Notes under the pieces: generated by a model
The model's input: only the letters and a program-made list of their open reading frames with translations
Told to the model about the DNA's origin: nothing
Databases searched by the model: none
Program-made: the position numbers and the translations under genes
From: a virus
Virus record (IMG/VR): IMGVR_UViG_3300031565_000016
Coordinates: 3,905 to 67,904 of that record
Strand: one strand, 5' to 3'
DNA length: 64,000 bases
Shown here: in pieces, positions 1 to 9,960 of the stretch
Numbering within the stretch: the first letter of the stretch is position 1
Layout: the number at the start of each line of letters is the position of its first letter

Positions 1-201
1 GTCACGCGTCCAATATATACTTTCCTGCACATCGTCATTAGTATTTGCCAGGCGGGCAAATATTGCGGCAATATGCCCCCAAGGCCCCGCAGGGTCTAAG
101 TCCACATCATTTCCTTCAAGCCCTTTTATATAAGTTTCTGAAACTTCAAGCCACTCTCCAAAACTTTCTTTTCTGTACCCATCTGTTGTCATTTCTCCCA
201 T
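1..201 (-). CDS. Baseplate J-like wedge protein, N-terminal part (runs off the window start)
   Basis: Manual translation from ATG at 201: MGEMTTDGYRKESFGEWLEVSETYIKGLEGNDVDLDPAGPWGHIAAIFA..., open to position 1. The N-terminus and position after a gp25/gp46-like gene fit baseplate J. Confidence 0.65.
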   Translation of the reverse strand, partial: MGEMTTDGYRKESFGEWLEVSETYIKGLEGNDVDLDPAGPWGHIAAIFARLANTNDDVQESIYWTRD

Positions 202-202
202 T

Positions 203-592
203 TTATGCCTCCTGTGGGAATTCTGTCCCAGCTTTGAAAATACCTGCTGCTGCTTTTATTTCCATTGTAACAACTAATCTGCGCAGGTACCCTTCCCCAA
301 TATATTGGCTGGTGTAACTTGTAATACTTTGAACAAACGGCCTTGAAAGTACAGCCTCTCTTATAATTGCATTTTTAAAATCAATGTCAAAACTTTTATT
401 GGTCATCAAATAAAGCCAGGGAATGCCTATTGTTGGGTCAATAAAAATTTCAGTTTCATTTGTTTTAAGGAACACATTTATATTTTGTGCCAATGCTTCT
501 AAATTGGTAGGTGCTACATCAATTACACGGGCAAAATTATTACCGCGTTTAAATAAATCACCAGTCGTTTGGTCTACTTTTAAATTTCTCAC
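203..592 (-). CDS. Baseplate wedge / sheath initiator (gp25/Mu gp46-like)
   Basis: 129 aa with GDL near the N-terminus and an E-x-F-x-D-x-x-x-G-I-P-W motif; sits between spike and baseplate J. Confidence 0.65.
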   Translation of the reverse strand: MRNLKVDQTTGDLFKRGNNFARVIDVAPTNLEALAQNINVFLKTNETEIFIDPTIGIPWLYLMTNKSFDIDFKNAIIREAVLSRPFVQSITSYTSQYIGEGYLRRLVVTMEIKAAAGIFKAGTEFPQEA

Positions 593-898
593 CTAAGATA
601 CCCCACCAGTTGAACCATCCGCAGTGCCACCAACTGTTGCGGCTTTCCATGCTGTTTGTAATGCAGCACCACCGTCAGTTGGGGCAGGTGCCCCACTACT
701 AAATATAGTATTTAAACTTGTATCTAGGGCGGCAGTAACAACCATGTTAGTAACTATATGGTCAAAAATAACACCAATAAAAAATTCCCAATCGTTTCTT
801 AAGGTTGCTTTAGTTGCTGCATTCATGCCTGTCAATTTGCCAGCATTCTCAAAAGCTGTGAGCATTTCATTGGCGCATGTAACTTTACTTATAGCCAT
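593..898 (-). CDS. Small baseplate-region protein
   Basis: 101 aa, tightly packed in the tail operon. Confidence 0.5.
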   Translation of the reverse strand: MAISKVTCANEMLTAFENAGKLTGMNAATKATLRNDWEFFIGVIFDHIVTNMVVTAALDTSLNTIFSSGAPAPTDGGAALQTAWKAATVGGTADGSTGGVS

Positions 899-902
899 TA
901 TT

Positions 903-1562
903 TTACTCCTTCAGTGTGTCCAAGCGTGTTTTTAATGCTAAAAAATCAGTAATTGATTGTGGAAAAAATGGTTGTGGGCCAATTCCAGTAATAATCTTTG
1001 CGGTAGAAAGTGTTTGCAAAAACTCTGACAAAAGTGATATTAATTCTTCAGACACACCAGCAATTCCTATTTTACCACCTGCATTTAATCGTATAGCTGC
1101 ATCATTGTTTGTAAAAATTATATTACCGTCTGCTAAAATTTCAATTTTAGGTGCTGCGCTTAAGTCAACACCATCTGGTTGCAAACCGCACACAACAACC
1201 GCATTTGTAAGCATGTGTGCAGCATTATCGTCTGGTGATGGTACGGAAGCCCCATCACTTGCTTTATACCCTCCTATACCATAGTCTGTAAACCCAACCA
1301 ATACATTATCACCAGCTTGGTATTCAATGTCAATAACAAGGCTTTTCCCACCCATAAAACCAACAGGCACATCTTCTATACTGCCCAAATCTATTTCTTG
1401 CCCTTTGTGATTTACATATTTAAGCAATGGTGTTACTTTTGCCCGTTTTGTTCCAATATCATAGCTTTCTATTTTGGCAGGCAAAAACACATGCAAATTA
1501 TACATCATTCTTTTTATGAAGGTTGGTATTGCCCCAGCCATTGTTTCGCGTTCTTGTTCCAT
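903..1562 (-). CDS. Baseplate central spike (Gp138/gpV-like, OB-fold N-terminus)
   Basis: LPAKIESYD...AKVTPL, IEDVPV, GDNVLVGF, H-x-LTNAVVV-x-G motifs; synteny. Confidence 0.8.
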   Translation of the reverse strand: MEQERETMAGAIPTFIKRMMYNLHVFLPAKIESYDIGTKRAKVTPLLKYVNHKGQEIDLGSIEDVPVGFMGGKSLVIDIEYQAGDNVLVGFTDYGIGGYKASDGASVPSPDDNAAHMLTNAVVVCGLQPDGVDLSAAPKIEILADGNIIFTNNDAAIRLNAGGKIGIAGVSEELISLLSEFLQTLSTAKIITGIGPQPFFPQSITDFLALKTRLDTLKE

Positions 1563-2422
1563 TACAAAGCCCCTATTGCTTCGCCCTTTACAGTGAATTG
1601 GCTTGCGCCAAAATTAGCCCCTGTAAAAGTGCATTTATCCACAACATACAAACCATTTATGTCCCGCCCGTTGTCAACCTGTATATGCCTATTTGGCCCT
1701 ATTTGTTGGTTTAAAATAGATACAAATGTTATTTTATTTGCCAATTTGTTTTCTTCCGCTTTGCCTTTATCTTTTGTACTATTTAATTTTTTTGCTTGCA
1801 ATAAACCTGTTTCCACCCTTAAATCTGTAACACCAACTTCTGGTGGGTCAACTTCTGGTGATACTATTAAAGATTCATTGTCAATAAAAATAATCAAACC
1901 TTCTTTTTTTATAATATCTGCGCAATAATCAAGTGCTGATTTTGGTGCACCAGTAAAAACATACCCATTTTTTAATGCCACACCAGAGGCATGTTCTAAA
2001 CCATAGGGTGCCAAATTCATAATAGTTGCTAGGTTTTTTAATACACTTATAACTTCTGTTTCTTTTTTGTAAGATAATGAAATTATAGTTGATGCCAAAT
2101 CCTCAGAAGTTCCCTGCAAACTATTTGAAACTATATCCAATACTGTGTCTGGGCCTTCACGCCCTGGGGTGCTTGTTGTTATTTGGCCGATATAAATAAC
2201 ACCAGTGCCTTCATCTTCATACCCTGCTTCTATTACAATGCTTTTGCCTTTTTGTAATACATTATTGATGGTACTTTGGCTTGGATTATACACCCGTATT
2301 GTTGCATTATTTGCCTTAAATTGCCTGTCACGATTAACTTCAAACTTAAAATGCAAATCACTTATCAACAGTGCCTGGTTCAAATCACCAGCTTTCAAAG
2401 ATGCTTTCCGATTAAAGGCCAC
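1562..2422 (-). CDS. Baseplate hub protein
   Basis: NNATIRVYN, IEAGYE...IYIGQI motifs typical of myophage hub proteins; synteny. Confidence 0.75.
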   Translation of the reverse strand: MAFNRKASLKAGDLNQALLISDLHFKFEVNRDRQFKANNATIRVYNPSQSTINNVLQKGKSIVIEAGYEDEGTGVIYIGQITTSTPGREGPDTVLDIVSNSLQGTSEDLASTIISLSYKKETEVISVLKNLATIMNLAPYGLEHASGVALKNGYVFTGAPKSALDYCADIIKKEGLIIFIDNESLIVSPEVDPPEVGVTDLRVETGLLQAKKLNSTKDKGKAEENKLANKITFVSILNQQIGPNRHIQVDNGRDINGLYVVDKCTFTGANFGASQFTVKGEAIGAL

Positions 2423-2768
2423 TTAGTACCTTCCATTCTGCATATTCTGTTGGGCTTAAATAAAATAAATCCCAGCCATTACCAAAATCATCATAATTAA
2501 TATAGGTGCCCATGTTATTATTCGTTTTACCAACCATCAAAGCCCCCTGTAATGTTGTGGGTACATTTTCAGTTATAGGGTACTGTGGAATGACTTTTAC
2601 ACCTGTAAAGCGTTTACCCGTGTCTGGCTCTAAATATTCATTAACTACCCAGTACTCAATTAGGGTGTCCCACATAAACCTTATTTTCACCCTGGTGTTT
2701 TCTACTAAAAAATTAATTGTAAAATCGGCACTAACTAATGGTAATACATTTATACGATACATTATCAA
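2412..2768 (-). CDS. Baseplate plug / hub-associated protein
   Basis: 118 aa between the Dit-like gene and the hub; RFMWD...W and DDFG...LFY pattern. Confidence 0.55.
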   Translation of the reverse strand: MIMYRINVLPLVSADFTINFLVENTRVKIRFMWDTLIEYWVVNEYLEPDTGKRFTGVKVIPQYPITENVPTTLQGALMVGKTNNNMGTYINYDDFGNGWDLFYLSPTEYAEWKVLSGL

Positions 2769-3466
2769 CCCCCAAAAAATGCGTTGCCAACAGGTGTACT
2801 ATATTCACCACCGTAGTCACTACTTAAAAACCTAACGGGCTTTTGTTCCCCCCCATTAGCATTGGGGCTTCTGCGTTGTGCATCTTTGCTGCTTTTTAAT
2901 TCTTCTGAATTTGGTCTTTTTACTTGTGTTGTTTCAATATTGGCTTCTTTAAGTTGTACTGTTTTGAATTCCTGAAATGTGATAGCAAAACCCTGCTCTT
3001 CTCCTGTTGTCCCGTCACGTTTTGCTTTTACACTGGTTATTACATAATTTTTGTATACTTTTAACCCTGTTACAATTGTAACAGGTTCAACATTTTCCCT
3101 GTAGTTTTCAAGGGCGTCAAATGTTGCCTGTGCAGCATTTTCACTTTGTGTTTTTTCTGAACCAGTTGTGCTTGCATTTGGTAAATCAGAACCAATTGAA
3201 AATGGGCCACGTGTCAACCCAAAATTGGTGATATAACCAACCATGCCACCTTTACGTAATAATTTTTCAACATGGTCTGTGAATGGTGCACCATCTTCAA
3301 CCGGGTGTGTGGTTGGCCTAACTTCCCACCCATGGCTTTCTTCCAGTAGCATGTCCCATTTAATCAATGTTTTACCTGATTCAATAGAATCAATAGTTTT
3401 TTTACGGTTACGGCCAGCAAACATTGTCTGCGGTATTGCCAATAGTGTAGCAGCAGATAAAGCCAT
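2765..3466 (-). CDS. Distal tail (Dit-like) / tail tube initiator protein
   Basis: EESH...T-x-HPVEDG...DH, VTIVTGLKVYKNYVITS, ITFQE motifs; directly after the tape measure. Confidence 0.75.
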   Translation of the reverse strand: MALSAATLLAIPQTMFAGRNRKKTIDSIESGKTLIKWDMLLEESHGWEVRPTTHPVEDGAPFTDHVEKLLRKGGMVGYITNFGLTRGPFSIGSDLPNASTTGSEKTQSENAAQATFDALENYRENVEPVTIVTGLKVYKNYVITSVKAKRDGTTGEEQGFAITFQEFKTVQLKEANIETTQVKRPNSEELKSSKDAQRRSPNANGGEQKPVRFLSSDYGGEYSTPVGNAFFGG

Positions 3467-5655
3467 TATTCGTGCTCCTGTAATAAATCATTTAATTGGG
3501 CAGCAATTTTATCATTAATTTGTGTTGCAATTTCTGCTGGTTCCGCATCGGTTCCACCAATAATTACATCAGTTTTTATTTCACCAATATGTATTTGTCT
3601 GCTATTTGTATTTGTAGTATTGTTGGTGCTGCTTGGCATACCAGCAAATGCTGGTATTGGTGCCCCAATTGGCCCTCCAACATTGCCTGTTGGCCCTGAA
3701 AATAGCCCACCGATATACTCTAAACCAGAAGTAAGTGATTCCCCAATTGAATTTGTTGCAGAAGCTGCATTGGGGAACATTTGTGCAAGTGTATTACCAA
3801 CATTTTCTGGGTCAAATATTCGTTTAATTTTGTTGGTATTTATTCCAAGTGCTGCACCTGCACTTCCTTCTTCCTTTTTATTGTCCCCCGCATCTATGTC
3901 ACCAACCAAAAATTTAACAACTTTAAAAAACAAACTATTTTCTGCTAATTTATTAAGTGCTGCATTAAACTTTTCAGCAGCCCCAGGCAAGCGCAATAAA
4001 AACACATTAAGCAAAATGTCCATTACTTCCAAAAATGGGTTCATTTCTTTGAGTATCCCATGCGCCCAATCGCTCCAACCCTTTGCCCATTTTTCTAGTA
4101 ACCCAAGCAGACCCGACATTGGGCCGTCTTCCACGTCACCCATTACACCAAAAAACTTTTCAGCGCCTGAAAGCACCCTGCCAATTATAGTTGTTAATGG
4201 TGCTAAAAATATTTTAATTATGTCGATTAATTTTGAAGCTGTGTTTATAATTGGTTTTGCAACACCACCTATAATTACAGAAGCAAACCTCAATAACGAA
4301 GTAAACCCTTTTACAATAGCACCAAGTGGGCTCAAAAGTACACCAAGCCCTTTAACTAGTGGTGGCAATAATTGTACTGCAATTGCCACCACATCCTCAA
4401 ATATACCTGCAAGCCCTGAATCTTTCATGAAGCTTATCATTGCAGTTTCCATTTTAGATTTAAATAAGGCTATCTGCCCACCAAGCCCTTGGAATGCTAC
4501 TTCTGATGCCTGTGCTGCAATGCCACTTGATGCCCTTATTTCTGCTAAATTTGCAATAAATTTATCTGAAGAACTTACTAATGCTAAAAGTGCACGTTTG
4601 CCCCTGCTTGATTGGTCAAAACCACCACCTACAAATGTATTTAGAGCAACTTCATCAAGTTCCCCTAGTTTTGCAATAAGCCCTTCAAAGTTTGTAAATT
4701 TGCCAGTAGCTTCATTAAGATAATTGGCAATATTGACACCGGCTTTTGCCATTGCCTTTTTTACTTTTTTACTTTTTAATTCATTGATCATGTTCCTGAA
4801 TAAGGTACCACCTAATTCATTTTTCTGCCCAGCACTTGCCTGAATGCCCAAGGCTGCCCCTAATGTTTCAATTTCAATGCCTGCTAATTTGGCTTCTACA
4901 CCTACTGTGGCAAATCCAGACCCCAAACCTTCAACTGTTGTAGTGGCTAATGTGGCGCTTTTAACAAGCATGTCATTTATACGGGTTAACCCTGTAACTG
5001 CAATACCTTGTGCACTCATTATGTCGGTTGCAATATCAGCAGCACGCCCAAGGTCTATATTAGCAGCAGCAGCAAGTTGTAATGTACCAGGTAATGCGCC
5101 AATAACCTCGTCAACTTTTAAACCTGCCTGTGCAAGGAACTTTTCAGCTTCCGCTGCTTGGCTTACTGTGAAAATACTCGCTTCACCAGCTTTGAGTGCT
5201 GCTTTTTCAAGTTTTCCCATGTCATCAGCAGAAGCTAATGTAACACGCTGTACACTTTTCATACCAGATTCAAAATCAATGAACTTTCTCGTTGCTGCAC
5301 TTATGCCTTGAATTGCTTTTACAATACCAAAAATAGCCAAACCTGTTGCAATAGCCACTGGTGTAAGTCCACTGAGTAAAGAACCCACCAATGGTATTTG
5401 ATTTGCCATTTCACGCATTGGGCGCAAAACACCACCAAAACTTTGTTCAATGCGGGCATTAAACCCATTCATTTTTCCAACCATGGATTCAAGCCCCTGG
5501 CCTATTTTCATTTTGGTGTGTGTTGCGAACTTTTGGTATTTATCGTCAAGTTTAGAAAGTCCTTTACGTGAATTATCAATATTTTTGTCCCACTTGTCAA
5601 GTTTAGCCTTGTCAACTGAGATACCAAATTTTGTGAGCAGTTCGCGTATTATCAT
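3466..5655 (-). CDS. Tail tape measure protein
   Basis: 729 aa, helical and Ala/Gly/Leu-rich, with TP901-type segment FESGMKSVQRVT...LAQAG...LPGTLQLAAA. Confidence 0.92.
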   Translation of the reverse strand: MIIRELLTKFGISVDKAKLDKWDKNIDNSRKGLSKLDDKYQKFATHTKMKIGQGLESMVGKMNGFNARIEQSFGGVLRPMREMANQIPLVGSLLSGLTPVAIATGLAIFGIVKAIQGISAATRKFIDFESGMKSVQRVTLASADDMGKLEKAALKAGEASIFTVSQAAEAEKFLAQAGLKVDEVIGALPGTLQLAAAANIDLGRAADIATDIMSAQGIAVTGLTRINDMLVKSATLATTTVEGLGSGFATVGVEAKLAGIEIETLGAALGIQASAGQKNELGGTLFRNMINELKSKKVKKAMAKAGVNIANYLNEATGKFTNFEGLIAKLGELDEVALNTFVGGGFDQSSRGKRALLALVSSSDKFIANLAEIRASSGIAAQASEVAFQGLGGQIALFKSKMETAMISFMKDSGLAGIFEDVVAIAVQLLPPLVKGLGVLLSPLGAIVKGFTSLLRFASVIIGGVAKPIINTASKLIDIIKIFLAPLTTIIGRVLSGAEKFFGVMGDVEDGPMSGLLGLLEKWAKGWSDWAHGILKEMNPFLEVMDILLNVFLLRLPGAAEKFNAALNKLAENSLFFKVVKFLVGDIDAGDNKKEEGSAGAALGINTNKIKRIFDPENVGNTLAQMFPNAASATNSIGESLTSGLEYIGGLFSGPTGNVGGPIGAPIPAFAGMPSSTNNTTNTNSRQIHIGEIKTDVIIGGTDAEPAEIATQINDKIAAQLNDLLQEHE

Positions 5656-5658
5656 TTT

Positions 5659-5949
5659 TTAACCTGTTGCTATATTTTTTAGTCTTTCTAAATCTGCAGC
5701 GAAGGCTCTTTTGCCCTCATCTGCTAATTTATAAGCCTCATCCATGTCTAGTAATGCATTTATTTTTAAAAGTTCGGGGTACGTAATGGTCTCATAATCG
5801 TGCAGGGTGACTTTGCCCAATTTATAAGGTCTCCAAAACATCCATTCACTTTTAATTTCATCATTTAATACCCCAACATCACCGAAACCATCTACAATTA
5901 TTCTCCGTTCAGTAATTCCTCTTTCAATGTATTTATTTTGTTCAGCCAT
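5659..5949 (-). CDS. Tail assembly chaperone, downstream (T-like) part, probably expressed by -1 frameshift
   Basis: Lies in the -1 frame of the upstream chaperone, overlaps it, and precedes the tape measure. Confidence 0.7.
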   Translation of the reverse strand: MAEQNKYIERGITERRIIVDGFGDVGVLNDEIKSEWMFWRPYKLGKVTLHDYETITYPELLKINALLDMDEAYKLADEGKRAFAADLERLKNIATG

Positions 5950-6443
5950 GCGCCAAAATCGCCTGTCACCCCCCTCAAAAAAGGGAATCTATTATACCGC
6001 ATTACCTCAATAGCCAAAATTAATATCTTGTCTGGTGGGCACCCCATGAAAGCTTTGTCAAAGTCTTCCCCTGTTTGAATTCTGAAATTTGGTTGCCCTG
6101 GGGCATCAACTGCCATGCCTTCAAAAAGTACCAATAATAAATCAACGAGTTCATCTGGTGAAATAGAATTTGTTAATTCTTTCAAAGCTGTGGTTGCATC
6201 ATTAATTATTGGTTTCATGTCAATATCAAGTGTCATGAATTCTGTGAGTGCGAATTTTTTGCTTAAAATGCCCTCATTCTTTAGCTGTTGGAATAAATCC
6301 CATGCCATTCGTGCGGGGCCATTTAATAATGATACCATGGGCGTGCCCAATTTCCAAGCACACTTCATGACGCTGCGACCTTGGAGTAAACTATATGTAT
6401 ACTCCCTGTCGTCAATTTTGTATTTTTGTATATTTAATGCCAT
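5898..6443 (-). CDS. Tail assembly chaperone (G-like)
   Basis: Between tube and tape measure; contains slippery CCCTTTTTT near its 3' end. Start taken as MALNIQ at 6443. Confidence 0.75.
   Translation of the reverse strand: MALNIQKYKIDDREYTYSLLQGRSVMKCAWKLGTPMVSLLNGPARMAWDLFQQLKNEGILSKKFALTEFMTLDIDMKPIINDATTALKELTNSISPDELVDLLLVLFEGMAVDAPGQPNFRIQTGEDFDKAFMGCPPDKILILAIEVMRYNRFPFLRGVTGDFGAWLNKINTLKEELLNGE
5977..5985 (-). promoter_or_regulatory. -1 programmed ribosomal frameshift site (C CCT TTT TTG)
   Basis: X XXY YYZ heptamer in the chaperone frame; a -1 shift reads FPFFEGGDRRFWR-MAEQNK, joining the next ORF with no stop. Confidence 0.7.
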
Positions 6444-6466
6444 TTTAATCACCTGCCTGATTTAAA

Positions 6467-6901
6467 TTATAACAATGTACCACCTGTAAAAACTGCTGCT
6501 GGGCCTGTGTCGAATGTCCACACCATGCCATCACTTTCACGTTTCAATGAAATTTCTGCCTGTTTTGTAATCCATGCCCGTAAAATACCAACAGTTGTTA
6601 ACCCGTCAAGGTCTTTTGTCAACCATGGCAGTTTGCTTGTGTTCAACCGTGCATCAACTTCATGCAGCCCACTTAATATTCCATTTAATGGGTTTGTTTT
6701 AAATAAATTAATAACAATTTGCACATGAAAGTTGTTTAAGTTAGCACGTTCACGCTCTCCCTCACAACCTGTTTTTGCCCCAAACATATCATCTGGGCGG
6801 ATAATTGTAATACCTTCCTCATCAAAGCCTGTAATGGGGACACCACCCCAAACATGCTTGTAATTTTTAAAATCGTATGTTCTAACTTCTCCAGTTGCCA
6901 T
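6467..6901 (-). CDS. Tail tube protein (DUF3277-like)
   Basis: 144 aa; TYD...GG-x-x-ITGF N-terminus and W-T-F near the C-terminus; follows the sheath. Confidence 0.8.
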   Translation of the reverse strand: MATGEVRTYDFKNYKHVWGGVPITGFDEEGITIIRPDDMFGAKTGCEGERERANLNNFHVQIVINLFKTNPLNGILSGLHEVDARLNTSKLPWLTKDLDGLTTVGILRAWITKQAEISLKRESDGMVWTFDTGPAAVFTGGTLL

Positions 6902-6920
6902 TTTTTAACTCCTTTTACGG

Positions 6921-8417
6921 TTATGGGTAAACCACACCTTGTATAACAAATTCTTCAAAAGCACCCTGAAGCCTTGCGCTCCAATTAAGCCCAGTAAGTT
7001 TTCTATCTGCACGGTCACTTGCAGTTGTTTCATCAATTTTTGGTATTGTTAATACAACAGTAGTCCCGTCAATGAACCAAACTGAAGCTTCTTCTAATGC
7101 TGCACGTAATTCATTTTCTACCAAAGTTATGCCACCATCGGTTGCTGCAACTTTACGTTGTCCAGATGCAGAACGTTTTAATAGGGTATAAAGTTTGGTT
7201 TGTATTAAATCATTAAGCCAATCTGTACCACGCACAACGTCAATTGGTGTGCCGTCTGTCATACGGCCTTTCCATGTCATGTTCAACCCTTTCACACGTG
7301 TGTATATGTTACCACTGCGTGGGGTTGTTCCTGTTGGGTCAAAAACAAAATCCATTATTGTTTCATCAACTGTAGTAGGTAATACCCCTGTTAATGTTTT
7401 AAATGCAAATGTTTGCTCTGCTGGTTCAAAAGGAAATCCTTCTGCCATTTGCGCAATTGCAGCCCATTCAACAGTGGCTGGTGTAATGTGCTGTGCATCC
7501 TGCTCATTTGGGTTATAGGTCAAAAATGTTCTTCCCAAACCAAAAGCGCCAAAATAAGTAAAAAGGTCGTCAGTACCAGGGGTGTTCCCTGCATCATAAC
7601 CAAGTTCTACTGTTGCACCAGCCAAATTAAACAGGGTTGCTGTTGTAATGTCAGTTCCAGCTAGTGGGGCTGATATTGTAATTGAACTAGTTGAATCAAC
7701 TGTTGAACTGGCAATTTTTAAACGGGTACCAACAACAGTACATGTTGCCCCTGTTAATGCTGTGTCAATTACGGTTGCAATTTCTGCAAGTGAAACAACT
7801 GGTGTTGAAAAATCTAATGCTGTAATCTGTGCAACTGCTGCGCCATCAATAGATATACCAAAAGAACCATCTGCTATTGCCACCCAATTGGCAACCGCAC
7901 CTGCTGCACCACCTATGGTGTAACCTGCACTGGCAACACGTGTATAATTAATGCAACCTTCATCCGCTGTAGCGTGCCCAAAAATGCGCTCTTTGGTTTC
8001 AACCCAGTCAGCAATTGCTTTTAAGTTAGTTTTGCGTGTGGCAGCTGTCCACCCAGTGTCCTCTACTATTGCAAGCCCATACCACCCACTGTATTCCGCA
8101 TGCACGGCTGCAAGTGCTTCTGGCCAGCCAGCGTCACCAGAATCTTTTCTACCAAGAACGAATGCCCCTGGGTTTGGGTTTTGCGCAAATAAACGCAATG
8201 CAGCTGCGTATACATCGCTATCACTTCCCCAACCGTCTGCTATTACTGCGTCAATACTAGCGTATGAGCGGTGGCGAGATTCATTATTAAGAAAGGGCAC
8301 CGTTGTGTCAAATTCGTCAAACTGTTTGACGAGTATAACAACACCGAAACCAGCTGCTGCTGGAAATGCCAAATCCCCTGTAATGGTGGATTGAATTATT
8401 TTGTCAATAACTGCCAT
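6921..8417 (-). CDS. Tail sheath protein (DUF3383-like)
   Basis: AAGFG, Y-x-AA-x-x-LFAQNP, FKTLTGV, IDVVRG-x-DWL, L-x-GA C-terminus. Confidence 0.88.
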   Translation of the reverse strand: MAVIDKIIQSTITGDLAFPAAAGFGVVILVKQFDEFDTTVPFLNNESRHRSYASIDAVIADGWGSDSDVYAAALRLFAQNPNPGAFVLGRKDSGDAGWPEALAAVHAEYSGWYGLAIVEDTGWTAATRKTNLKAIADWVETKERIFGHATADEGCINYTRVASAGYTIGGAAGAVANWVAIADGSFGISIDGAAVAQITALDFSTPVVSLAEIATVIDTALTGATCTVVGTRLKIASSTVDSTSSITISAPLAGTDITTATLFNLAGATVELGYDAGNTPGTDDLFTYFGAFGLGRTFLTYNPNEQDAQHITPATVEWAAIAQMAEGFPFEPAEQTFAFKTLTGVLPTTVDETIMDFVFDPTGTTPRSGNIYTRVKGLNMTWKGRMTDGTPIDVVRGTDWLNDLIQTKLYTLLKRSASGQRKVAATDGGITLVENELRAALEEASVWFIDGTTVVLTIPKIDETTASDRADRKLTGLNWSARLQGAFEEFVIQGVVYP

Positions 8418-8432
8418 TTTTCAGTTCTCCTG

Positions 8433-9086
8433 TTATTCCTGATCTGTTGTGTAAGTTCCAGATATTATTGTTGCCCCAAGTGCACTCAAACCATAATAGT
8501 TCCCACTTATACCAGCAATAAAATCTTGATTAAATGTTATATTTTCATTTCTTCCTAAATAAACCACCATCATACTTTCTTCATGGTAGCTATTACCTGT
8601 TTTATATGGTACTGATAAAATACCACCTTCAAACCCCCGTACTGCCATACTTTTAGAACGGAAAAAAGTTTGTACCACTGGGTGTTGTAATGTCATTCTT
8701 AATATATTTAATAGTCCACCACTACCATTAACTTCCCTTATTTCAACCCATGTTTCATTTTCACTGATATGGGTATCTGTTGCATAAGTAGCTTCAACGT
8801 CTGGTGTATCAAAATCATAATCTGTGCTTACACCCAACTCCATTAAATCAAGCCCACATTGTTTGTCCTTGTCTGGGGTGTACCCAATAACAATATGTTT
8901 GCCTTCCAATGTGCCTTCATTGTGGTGGCTTCGTACTATTGGAATAACTAGAGAAGCAGGTAAAATTCTGCTTCCATTAAGTGTACCCGGTGCCCCATTA
9001 TCTTTTACAATAGTAACTGTTGCCCCATTTAATACAAGGTCACACCAATCATACAAATTATTCCGAACTTGGTCTAAAGTGCTCAT
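8433..9086 (-). CDS. Tail terminator / neck protein
   Basis: Position immediately upstream of the sheath; 217 aa. Confidence 0.55.
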   Translation of the reverse strand: MSTLDQVRNNLYDWCDLVLNGATVTIVKDNGAPGTLNGSRILPASLVIPIVRSHHNEGTLEGKHIVIGYTPDKDKQCGLDLMELGVSTDYDFDTPDVEATYATDTHISENETWVEIREVNGSGGLLNILRMTLQHPVVQTFFRSKSMAVRGFEGGILSVPYKTGNSYHEESMMVVYLGRNENITFNQDFIAGISGNYYGLSALGATIISGTYTTDQE

Positions 9087-9439
9087 AGCCCAACCTCTGC
9101 ATTGGTGCGGGGTTCTGCTATATATTTATAATGGTCAATTACTGCAAAAGCACCCCCAGCTTTATAAGGCATACTAGCTGCAACTTCATACCATTCATCG
9201 TCAAACTCAATAAATGTACCTGTTTGGCCACTTTTTTTAACGTCCAACTTCACTTCACTATAAACTTTAACACTTCCAACGCTCCAGTTACCTTCAGCGC
9301 CTACCTGCAAGTCACGGCCTTTCACAGGTTGTACATTTCCAACAAAAGTTGATTGAACCCATGTTTTAGTGTAATCAAGTTTTACTTTTGTCTCTGCATA
9401 ATCTCTGCGATTAATATTATGTCTAAATAGTAAGCCCAT
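9083..9439 (-). CDS. Head closure / head-tail joining protein
   Basis: 118 aa, beta-rich, with VQP...L...EG, KVYS and HYKY motifs. Confidence 0.65.
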   Translation of the reverse strand: MGLLFRHNINRRDYAETKVKLDYTKTWVQSTFVGNVQPVKGRDLQVGAEGNWSVGSVKVYSEVKLDVKKSGQTGTFIEFDDEWYEVAASMPYKAGGAFAVIDHYKYIAEPRTNAEVGL

Positions 9440-9960
9440 TATTTCCCGCCTTTAGCGTTAAACATGGCGTCTACAAAGGTAGTGCTTCCGTACTGTACTT
9501 TTGATTTGATTGCGTTTCTAAGCGTTGCAGTGTCAACCAGGGGTGTACTGTCTGGTGTAACTGCTGCACCACTTGGGCGCTTCTTATAATTTGGGCTAAG
9601 TCTTGCAAACCTGCGTTTTGTAAATTGTTCTTTTAATAAACCTTCATATAAAAGGCCAATTCTTTTTGCAGCAACATACGGTGATATTTTACCAGCAAGA
9701 GCCATTGCCCACAATTTAGCAATAGTTTTATGTATTTTTATTGCATAATCATGGAATGTTGTTTGGTATACTGGCCGTGCGGGTATATTTCGTTTTTTGC
9801 TTCCAAATTCATGGGTGGCCATAAGTTCCGCGAGTGCAATTTCCCCGTCTTTTGTTTTACCCGAATCAGAAAAATGCCCAATTGCAACAACCATCCCGTT
9901 GGTCTTTGCAAAATTGCCAATTATTTTCTGCATGCCCTTATCAGTATCTTTCACACTCAT
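9439..9960 (-). CDS. Neck / tail completion (virion morphogenesis) protein
   Basis: HEFG...IPARP and PLVDTATLRNAI motifs. Confidence 0.75.
   Translation of the reverse strand: MSVKDTDKGMQKIIGNFAKTNGMVVAIGHFSDSGKTKDGEIALAELMATHEFGSKKRNIPARPVYQTTFHDYAIKIHKTIAKLWAMALAGKISPYVAAKRIGLLYEGLLKEQFTKRRFARLSPNYKKRPSGAAVTPDSTPLVDTATLRNAIKSKVQYGSTTFVDAMFNAKGGK

Noticed and set aside
3620-4723. 367-aa plus-strand ORF and similar antisense ORFs (for example 35694-36332, 56783-57472)
   Set aside because: These are shadow frames opposite well-supported genes, with no RBS or motifs.
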